Shown: positions 39,991-49,876 of the stretch, piece after piece
Layout of the letters: each line of letters opens with the position of its first letter
Numbering within the stretch: the first letter of the stretch is position 1
Source of the DNA: Eledone cirrhosa
Lineage: Eukaryota
Length of the DNA: 64,000 nucleotides
Assembly: GCA_964016885.1 (NCBI GenBank)
Contig: OZ024740.1
Span: 285,634,001-285,698,000, forward strand
Direction: 5' to 3'
Made by a program: the position numbers and the translations under genes
The notes under the pieces: generated by a model
The model's database searches: none
The model's input: the letters and a program-made list of their open reading frames with translations, nothing else
What the model was told of the DNA's origin: nothing

Positions 39991-41964
39991 CAACAATTCC
40001 ACTATACTTTACATTGTGAACATTATGTAGAGTTCTTACCTACTCCTTTCTACATATTGATCAAGGTCCTGTCTTCTTTCTTACTGATTAAAATTTAGGT
40101 CTTTGCTAAGTTTACTCTGAACCTTTTTGATTCTAAGTTCTGTTTCATGGTAGAAATTCCTTTAGTTCTTCTACAGATTCAGCTATTAAACCTGTTTCAT
40201 AACTTGTAAAATGTTTTACTCAAGGGTATAATACACCTCCTGATCTGGCTATATGCCTTCACAATTGCCATATGTTAAAGTCCTCCTTACTTCAATCCAG
40301 TGAGGGAATCAGTGCCATTGATATGACAAAAACATAATAAAAACAGCATTGATGGCTTTTCTATATTGTTCAAGATGTTTTCCAGTTATGGTGCTGGTGT
40401 TTATGACAAACTATTTTTGTTTGGAGTTGAATGAGTGAGTGTTAGTTTCAATTTCATATCATGTGATCATGCTGGCATATATTCCTAAAGTGTGAAGTTA
40501 CCAAAAGAATAGGAAGAAAAAACAAACAAAAAACAAATGAACCAAAAATAGATTGTGCTGATTAAATCTAAAAATGCTTGCCAAAAGAATTGATTTCTTT
40601 TAAAATATTCTTAGGGAGAAAGAATAAACCTTCATCTATTGTTGTGAGCATATCTATCAAAGGAGCTGATCTCTCAACCAACATATCAAATGATTGTATA
40701 TGAATATAATTAGAAGTTTCTTAAAAGAAAATATACTTTATATGATGCTATTTTAAGCTAAGACATCTTTTTATCTTGGAAACTTGACCAATTTCTATCA
40801 AATTACTTGAAGGGTTAATATAAAGAATAGTGTGCTTATGTGCAGAGATGCTATAAAATAGGGTGAAGACCCTTGAAGAAGGAAAAGGAAGTTGCCATCA
40901 GTTGCTATAAGGAATTGAACTTCGTACTCCTCAGATACCAGCTAGGTGCTTCAAACCATTAAGCCAAGGGACCATGACAATTCTTACCTGCTTATATTAG
41001 ATAACTGAATCACAGCTTTTAAATGTCAACAAACATTGTGTATAAATAGCTGATCTTTTGAATTTTTACAAAGTGCTGAGGGAATAAAGTTAATATAAAG
41101 AATGGTGTACTCATGTACAGAGATGTTATAAAATAGGGTGTGGCCATGTATACTTATTTCTATTCATTGTTGTATTATTGAATTCATTTTTATGTTGACT
41201 CTAGAAGATTCCATAGAAATTCCCCTTTTCTTTTTTTAAATTCCTTTAAAATGTTTCATGTGAAATTTTAATTACTCTCTGTTAAGGTGAAACTTGGTGT
41301 CCCAATCAATCTAAGGTGTATAATAAATTTGACTTTACTACCAGTGTTCCCCCCAGCAAATGTTATGATATATGTCACATCACATTGGTGGTTTATATTC
41401 ACTTAAATATGATAAAAGTATTAGAGTGATTCTGCAAATTTAGGTATCTATTAATATTTATACAATGTATTTTTTGTAATCAGATGCAAAATGCTTTTGA
41501 TATCAAACTGCCTGAAAATGCCCATGGTTCTATGATACAGAATAATTTTTTTAAAAATATATTTATCTAAAAACCTTCCACCATGATTGTAAGAACCGTT
41601 CCAAACACCAGCTTAATAATGTGGAAATTAGTTATTTTACTAAATCCCTCCAAATTTTGTTTATTATTTTCCAAATTATTTTAAATTCAAAGGCAATGTC
41701 TTTCATTAGAAATATGGTAATGAAAGAGTTAAATGAAACCAACAGAGAGATTAAGTAGTGAACCTAAATGTAGCATACTAGTATACATGTTAATGTTATT
41801 CTAAGTTTCTCAATAGAATGTATTTAAAATTTCACATGAAAGATTTTAAGGGCATATTAAAGAAAAAAACAAGAGAAATGCTATGGAAATTTCCAGTGTC
41901 AGCACAGAAATGAATCTAATAAATAAACAATGATGATAGTTGTGATCCATTATTTTGCTCTCAG

Positions 41965-42184
41965 GGTGGTAGATTGGCAGTATCGGTGGAGCATCAGCCA
42001 ACATGCTTTGCGACATATAGTTACAGCCCTTTACTTTCTGAGTTCAAATTCCATCAAAGTTAACTTTGCCTTTCATCCTTACAGGACTGATAAAATAAAG
42101 TACCAATGACATACTGGAGTCAATTTAATCGACTTTTTCCTTCCCAAAATTGTTGACCTTGTGCCTAAATCAGAAACCATTATT
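41965..42184 (+). mobile_element. Family-1 SINE with target-site duplication
   Basis: Flanked by CCATTATTTT(G/A)CTCTCAG direct repeats. Confidence 0.9.
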
Positions 42185-43883
42185 TTACTCTCAGTAGTTC
42201 TGTTCCATAACCTCACTCATTCAGATTTTTTTATGTGCAAATATATGCTGCAGTTGACTGAGTCAGTTAGGCACTGCATAGTGGCTAAAGAGATGACAGA
42301 GTAGATTGTGTGATTAACATTTCACTATTTCGGGTGAAGGCGCATGGCTTAGTAGTTTGAGTGTTAGGTCAATGATTGTTGGGTTGTGAGTTTGTTTTCA
42401 GGATCAGGCAGTACGTTATCTCCTTGAACAAGACACTTTAATTCATATTGCTCCAATTTACTCAGTTTGAAAAAATGAGCTGCGATGACACTGGTGCCAA
42501 GCTGTATCGGTCTTTGCTTTTTCTCTAGACAACATTGCTGGCATGGAGAATGGGGTCTGGCATGTATGGGCGTTTGGTGGTCGTCCATGAAACAACTTGC
42601 TCAGGCTTATGTCTTGGAGAGGAACTTTCTAGGTGAAGCCCTATAGTCAGTCATATCTCTGACATTAACTTTTCCACTCATTGATTCTGTAATCCCAACA
42701 GTAAATACTTACAATAGGATGGATAGGCCAGTGTTGTTAGCAGCAAGAAGAGCATAATTAGTTAACAAGTGTATTTTTGTCTTACTGTCCTGAGTTCAAA
42801 TCTTCTTATGATCCCAGAGAAAGCAAGGAGAATTCATTCCAGTGTATTTTTGAAAGTGTTTCAGTAGGGCTTCAGAACACCATGAATTATAAGATATTAC
42901 ATTCATCATCATTGTCATCATCATCATTATCATTTTACAATCACTATCCCATGCTGGCAAGGATTGAACAGGTTATCATGGTTTGTGACTGGATGAGTTA
43001 GAGAACCTCATTTCACTTGTATGCCTCATTTTTGACATGGTTTCTGTGGCTGGATGCTTTTTATTACGGTACCAGCACTACCACTTTACAGAGCCTTAGT
43101 AAATCTATTATTTAGATTTGTAATTTATTTTGTGATGTATCACAGCATTGCATGAAATGAAATGTAGTATAAACAAGTAGAAGAAATTTAAACTGTTGAC
43201 TCCTAACTCTTGAAAGAAATGGGTTTATCTTTTACTGTATAGTAATAACAGATTTGTGACATTTGTGGCTTAAATTGTTGATCATCATTGGTACACAACG
43301 TTTTGAGTTGGTGGATAACAAAGATATGCGCACACTATCACCAACAATAACAACTACCCCACCCCCACCATCACCAATTATAATGCCTCTCACAATATCT
43401 TCAGATTTAAAAAATATACCTACTCCCGCCCCAACTCTTTTAATACTATCCCTGTTTCTATCATATGGTGCAGTTTGTTTTAAAATGTTTATCTATATAT
43501 CTAAAACAGAGAATGTCTGTCTGACTGACTCCATAATACTCGAGAACCACCCAACCGATTTTTTCCAAACTTTACACATGTAATACTTATGGTCATGTGA
43601 GTGTTTTGAGCAAAAAATTTTCAATGACCTAGGGACCGCATTAGGCGATTTAGCGATCTCTCTCTATACTTCTTAGTCTTTCTTTTTAGATAGATACATA
43701 GATATAACGTTGCGCCCTTATAATATCTGTCTGTATGTCTGACTGTCTGCATTACGACATTATGACGTCGCTATCTCTGTGTGCGTGTGTGTATATATGT
43801 ATACATAGTGTGTATATATATATATATAGTGTGTAACATTTTTCGAAATATTTACTTCTGCGTTCACAGATCGATTTTTTTTT

Positions 43884-43934
43884 AGTTTCAGAAGATCCCG
43901 TTAAGGGTGAAAGCAGCGATTCTTTGCTTAAACT
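43884..43934 (+). ncRNA. Hammerhead-like motif, CAGAAGA (U4A) variant
   Basis: AGTTT CAGAAGA T CCC GTTAA GGG T GAA AGCAG CGATTCT TTGCT T AAACT: three stems close around the core; followed by (TA)n. Confidence 0.65.
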
Positions 43935-43945
43935 TTAATCGGTTA

Positions 43946-43988
<43 letters not shown>

Positions 43989-44083
43989 CGTTTCTGAATT
44001 TGTTTAGCAAGATTCTTTATCTGAAATCGTGTGTTGAAACCGATATTGTTATACTTATTGGCAACATGACCCTCCCAAAGTAT

Positions 44084-44120
<37 letters not shown>

Positions 44121-44121
44121 A

Positions 44122-45486
44122 TCATAATCTATAAAGCTCAGTGTGTGGTCATGCTCCTTTCTTATAGAAATCTACGATATAGAATTTCTTCAATTGAAAT
44201 TTACAATTCAGTATTCGAAATAGCATCGATTGCGTCTTGGCACATCTAATTTTTTCAATTTCACCCACAATTACGCAAAAAATAGATAAAACTCAATATT
44301 TTACGATTTTCCTCTGTCATTTAAACTGCTAAACTCTTTCCACTACCATTCAAAATCTATACAACTTGATACTTTCTGCTACTTTCTCTTTCCAAGCTTG
44401 ATGGTGATACTGTCCGTTTTACTCTCTCATATCATCTGACAACGTGCGTGATTGCCGAAGAGAGAGAGAGAAGAGAGTGAGAGGGAGAGAGATAGAGAAC
44501 GTTTATTATTACATAAAGTACCAGTAATGTACTGGTTAATTGCTGGCCTTGTGCCAAAAAAGTAGAAACAATTATTACATTTCATACGAAACGACAATTA
44601 TTCAAAAGCAACAGATACATTTATTCAACAACAAGCGATAAATCTTTTTTAAAACCTCTTTTCCAAACGCATACAAACACACACTCACTTCAACAACAAC
44701 AACAACAATCTGCCTTTTATAGATAATGATAAACAATAATATCCTCTATGAGGTCACTAAACCTGCTAGAAACAGCAGCTAACTCTCCCCCATAGCACAC
44801 CCCTCCCTACTGTCTTAAATTTAGAAAACATATCTTCTATGAGGTCACTAAACCTGCTAGAAACAGCAGCTAACTCTCCCCCATATCACACCACTCCCTA
44901 CTGTCTTAAATTTAGAAAACACATATCCTCTATGAGGTTACTAAACCTGCTAGAAACAGCAGCTCACTCTCCCCCATATCACACCCCTCCCTACTGTCTT
45001 AAATTTAGAAAACATATCTTCTATGAGGTCACTAAACCTACTAGAAACAGCAGTTAACTCTCCCCCATATCACACCACTCCCTACTGTCTTAAATTTAGA
45101 AAACACATATCCTCTATGAGGTCACTAAACCTGCTAGAAACAACAGCTAACTCTTCCTCATATCACAACCCTCCCTACTGTCTTAAATTTAGAAAACACA
45201 CAGACAACCATGCAGAACAACTCCATCGCAGCTCTGTTGTTCGGCTGGCATCGTCTACGCGCGTGTTGCGCAAGTACTGTGAAACAATAAATTTCAACAC
45301 TTTTTTGCACAGAGATAATATCCATAGGCGAAACTACAATTGTCACTGCTGGCGCAGCTCATGCTTCCAGGTCTGCAATTCATTCACCCAGTGCCTGGCA
45401 GACAAAAAAGTGCTGCCATAAAATGGGTGGTGCAACCTAACTTTGGTAACTTAATGACCCCGAGCAACGCCGGGCTTTAATGCTAG
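44122..45486 (+). mobile_element. Inner non-autonomous Helitron (family H1)
   Basis: 5' A|TCATAATCTATAAA; 3' CCCGAGCAACGCCGGG..CTAG|T; lies between (TA)n runs; homologous to 29827-30925. Confidence 0.82.
44741..45198. repeat. Five-copy ~92-bp tandem array inside the Helitron
   Basis: ATGAGGTCACTAAACC-like units start at 44748, 44839, 44932, 45023 and 45116 (spacing 91/93/91/93). Confidence 0.97.
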
Positions 45487-45807
45487 TATATATATATATA
45501 TATATATATATTCGTGTACAGATATTTTTGCATACACAATAACAAAATATAAACAAACATTTATTTTACGAGGCTCGAGAAGGATAAATATATATCAAAT
45601 CCCGAGCAACGCCAGGCCATTCTGCTAGTATTAATCTAAAAAATCCTTCATAATTTTATGTAATAACTTTATGCTCCAAACATCTAGTAAATAATGAGGA
45701 AGTTAGGTATGTTAATTCAAATTTTTATTATTATTTTCCTTAGAAAATGACTATATCTACTTGATATATTCATTCATACATCAGTGTATTAACACATACA
45801 AACATGA

Positions 45808-46440
45808 ATGGTACTTTATTTTATCAACCCCGTAAGGATGAAAAGCAAAGTTAACCGAACTCAGATCGTAAAGGGCTGTAATTCTATGCTGCAAAGCCTG
45901 GTGTCCGACGCCTTTTATATAATTGTTTCTACTTTTGGCACAAGGCCGGCTATTACCCCAGTGTATTACTGGTACTTTATTTTATCGACTCCGTAAGGAT
46001 GAAAGGCAAAGTTAACCTCGGCGGGATTTGAACTCAGAATGGCAAGGGCCGTAACTCAATGTGTCGAAGCATGGTGTCCGACGCTCTACGATACTGCCAA
46101 TCCACCACCCTTTTATATAATTGTTTCTACTTTTGGCACAAGGCCAGCAATTATCTCAGTACATTACTGGTACTTTATTTTATCGACCCCTTACGGATGA
46201 AAGGCAAAGTTAACCTAGGCGGGATTTGAACTCAGAATGGCAACCACCCTTTTATATAATTGTTTCTACTTTAGGCACAAGGCCAGCAATTACCCATTAC
46301 TGGTACTTTATTTTATCGATCCCGTAAGGATGAAAGGCAAAGTCAACCTCGGCGGGATTTGAACTCAGATCGTAAAGGGACGTAACTATGCTGGAAAGCA
46401 TGGCGTCCGACCATCTACCGATACTGCCAATCCACCACCC
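45808..46440 (-). mobile_element. Tandem array of four family-1 SINE copies
   Basis: Repeated GGTACTTTATTTTATCGAC..GGATGAAAGGCAAAG blocks joined by CCTTTTATATAATTGTTTCTAC. Confidence 0.9.
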
Positions 46441-47769
46441 TTTTATATAATGCATGTTAATAATACTTATGACCATAATTTCATGAAATCTGATAATGAT
46501 CAATATCCTCATTGGGTCACATCTAAATATGAATAGAGATTGATGCACACTTATATAAACATGTATTTTTGTTATCTCCCTTTGCACTCATTCATTCATC
46601 ATCATCATTATTTTTATGTCCGCTTTCCATGTTGGCATGGGTTAGATGGGTTGTTATGGTCCAAGACTGAGTGACCAGTCGTGGTTATTTCATTCCATAC
46701 TTTCTATGGCTAGATGCCCTTTCTAATGCCAACAACCTTACAGGGTGTACTGGATGCATTTTTCGTGACACCAGCGCAATTCCATGTCACATAAAATACA
46801 GGCAGGAGTGTCAGTGTAGAAATGACCACAAGTAATATTTCCTGTTCTCTTCCCTTCATTTTCTATGTTTCTTGTTAATTTGGATTTAACTGCTACTTCT
46901 GCTTTCCTTCTTCTTCACAGGATGGTTGTCAGGGTACTTTTTATTTGCTTTTTGGTTTTCTTTTTCATTTGTTTGCCATTCTTACTTCCTCTACCTTTTA
47001 TCATTGACTTAATTTTGTTTGCCTTTTAATGATTCAGAGGTCAGCACTTGATTCATTTCTCTCTCTTCACCCCCACCCATCTTCACCTTTCTCTCTCTCT
47101 CTATCCTTCTCCCTCTCTCTCCACCCCTTCTCTCAAACCCCAGGTTTATAGTTTATGTTCGTTTGACATATATGTTTTGTATCATTTGCAATGCTTCTTT
47201 TTACTGGGTTTATGTTTAAATTTATCTAATATTCTGCTCCTGCTAGAGGTTATTGTTGTATTTATATAAATCAAGCCATTGTATAATGCTTACATTTACT
47301 TTTGCTAGGTGCCGGGTGTTTCCTTCATATGACACATTGTTTATTTTTATGCATTAATATGACCTTAGTAAAAGCTGGCTTGTTTGTGAAACAATGTATA
47401 AAGAAACAGTAATATTAATAAATATGAGTTCTTGCCTTGTAGTAAGTTAAATCTCAATTTCCTTTTCTTGTTTGTTTTAAAGGAAACTGGATTTGAAATT
47501 TATTTCTTTTTAACTAAGATTCAAGGGAAATATATGTTTACATATTTAAAACAGATTGTTTCTACCTCTATGTAAAGTGAACTTGGAATGAAAAGAAAAG
47601 TATGACAGTTCCTTTTCTTTTATGTTCACTTTGTACATGGATACAGTCTCAATTTAAAATGTATTTTTGTTTTGTTTTATTGTTTTACTGTTTAGTCAAG
47701 GAGGGAAGGGCAACACCCATGATCCTTTATTATTATTTGGGATTGGTGAGTGGAATGGGAGGAAGGAAA

Positions 47770-48000
47770 GAACTTATCCTCAAACCAAAGACGTGGTTGC
47801 AACAGAGTGAACTCTGCTAAATACAACCGATGACCAGCAGTGGTATGATCCTTTATATTTCAGGAACCCTGAAATTATTGGGAGAAAATTACCAGAGACC
47901 TTCTCTCTCAACCTGCCTGTGATCCCACTGAATCTCTTGTATGCCCATAGTTTGCATTGGCTACACCATATGAAATTCTTAGCTTTTTTTTTTTTAACCA
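47770..48000 (-). mobile_element. LINE (RTE-related) fragment with Cys/His motif
   Basis: NFIWCSQCKLWAYKRFSGITGRL resembles the NSI.C..C..WVHKRCSGI.GRL insert of some invertebrate LINE ORF2s. Confidence 0.6.
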
Positions 48001-48654
48001 TTTAGTTAGGGAAGGAAGGGCAGTACCTATAATCCTTTATTTTTTCCTCCCACTCCCTCCATACTAGTGAGTGGAATGGGAGAAAGAGAGAAAGAAAGAG
48101 AGAGAGAGAGAGAGAGAGAGTTACCGTGAAACTGAAGACAGACCTGGCCCAATTTCTTGCAATAGAGTGAACTTGACTAAAGGCATCATGGGTCAGGTGG
48201 TGATGTTAACTCTTTACCATTTACATTACTCTATATTTACTATTGTATTTTCATGGTAAACACTTTATTTCACATAATACCAAAGCCATGAGAGTTTAAT
48301 ATTATTTATTTTTAGAACAATACCTTAGCATAAGTATGAGAGGCCGATTACAGCCAGTTTGAACAGAGAGGTGAGAGAATCCTGGAGAGACATGGCCAGT
48401 TTAAATGCTAAAGGGTTAAACTGGGCAATAGATTAACTCGGGTACTTTATTTAATCGACTCCAAAAGGATGAAAAGCAAAGTTGACCATGACAGAATTTT
48501 AACTCCAGAGTGCAGTGAGCCAGAACAAATAAAGCAAGGCATTTTACTTTGTTATAATGATTCTGGCAATTTGTTGCATATATTGATTAACTCCCAGTTT
48601 ATTCATCAATAAATAGAAATAAACTTTAAATTCAGTTGTTAAGAATATAACTAT

Positions 48655-49002
48655 AAGAAAGCTTGCAGAGGAAAGGAAGATAAATTCCTGGGATTGTCCG
48701 GTTGCTTCCTCTTCGCACCAGTCACTGTTGAGACCTCAGGCACACTTGGACCCCATACTGATGAGCTCTTCCGCAAGATCGGAACATCAGCAGCCCGTCT
48801 GAGTAAAGAGCCCCGCAAGGTGGGGTGGCTTTTGCAGCAGGTGTTGCTGGCCGATGTCCGCAGGAATGCTTTTGAAGCCCTGTCCGCAAAGCGCAGCCCC
48901 AACACTGCTGCACCCTAGGCCTAGAGCCCACTCCCTCCCATTCTTCTGTGACCCTTGAGCTGTTGCTTTTCCCTTCCTTTTCTGTTTTTAATTAATAAAA
49001 AT
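48655..49002 (+). mobile_element. 5'-truncated CRE-clade non-LTR retrotransposon 3' end
   Basis: GC-rich island; open frame KACRGKEDKFLGLSGCFLFAPVTVETSGTLGP...EPRKVGWLLQQVLLADVRRNAF, stop at 48918, short 3' UTR and AATAAAAA. Confidence 0.8.
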
Positions 49003-49705
49003 CTTTAAGAATGAACTGAATGAATTGATTGATGTTACCATTTTCAGAATTTTATAAGGAAAAATGATTTGTAGTTAAATCTTTCTCATGACTTTAAGAG
49101 TGTAAATATAATAAAAACAACTTAAATTTTAATGTTTTATTCCACATGAAACATCAATTTTTTTCTGTATTTATTTTTCACACCAAAATGATTGTAATAT
49201 ATATATATATATATATTCTTGCAAGGAAAACATGTTCAATGATGCTAATAATGCTGGTATATATATATATATATATATACCAACCAAGGGTTCAGACAGA
49301 ATTTATAACATTTTTATTAGCCTTATGTACGTTTTTACTAATTAAAAATTAAAGATAGGGATGGTTAAAATGTTTTTTTTTATTTTTACAAAATTCATTA
49401 TATAGAAGTAAATCCTTATACTAGTTATCAGGCTTAAAAGAAAAGAATAAATAAAAGATTTCCCCACACATATTAATTTCATTTCATTTGTTTCTTTGGA
49501 GACTTAAAAATGCACGAATCCACATAAAATTGAAAAGTAAATCTCTTAAAAAGGAAATATCCAGATATTACAATGGAAATATCCAGATGTTACAATGTCA
49601 TATTGATAGCTGAAGAGAATTCTCGTGCTAAATAAGCTGTTACAATTACTTGAGATGATGGATCTAAAAGTAGACGTATAAAAAATACTAACCAAAGTAT
49701 ATATG

Positions 49706-49739
<34 letters not shown>

Positions 49740-49825
49740 CGTGTGTATCCCGGGTTCAATTGGGGGTAACCACAGTAAGTAAAGTACTCAATACATAGCA
49801 GAGTATAAATATTTGATATGGAAAT

Positions 49826-49876
49826 GGCTTCTACAGGACTAGAACTGTTTCATTCAGGTGAAATCATGAGGAAGCC
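49826..49876 (-). ncRNA. Type I hammerhead ribozyme with G5C lesion
   Basis: GGCTTC CTCATGA T TTCA CC TGAA T GAA ACAG TTCTAGTC CTGT A GAAGCC: perfect 6-bp stem I and 4-bp stem III; next to (TA)n. Confidence 0.78.

Larger units (their letters stand above)
43492..45628 (+). mobile_element. Outer non-autonomous Helitron (family H2) containing nested inserts
   Basis: 5' A|TCTATATATCTAAAA..GTCTGTCTG; 3' CCCGAGCAACGCCAGG..CTAG|T. Removing it rejoins a family-B MITE (AAAATGTTTA|TATTAATCTAAAAA) with no duplication. Confidence 0.82.

Noticed and set aside
48755-48792. CTGATGA...GGAAC inside the CRE fragment
   Set aside because: Coding sequence of the endonuclease fragment; GAAA and stems are absent
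49600-49690. CTGAAGA...AAAAGTAGACGTA next to (TA)n, and CAGATGA at 37840(-)
   Set aside because: Possibly very old hammerhead remnants, but too many core and stem defects to support a call
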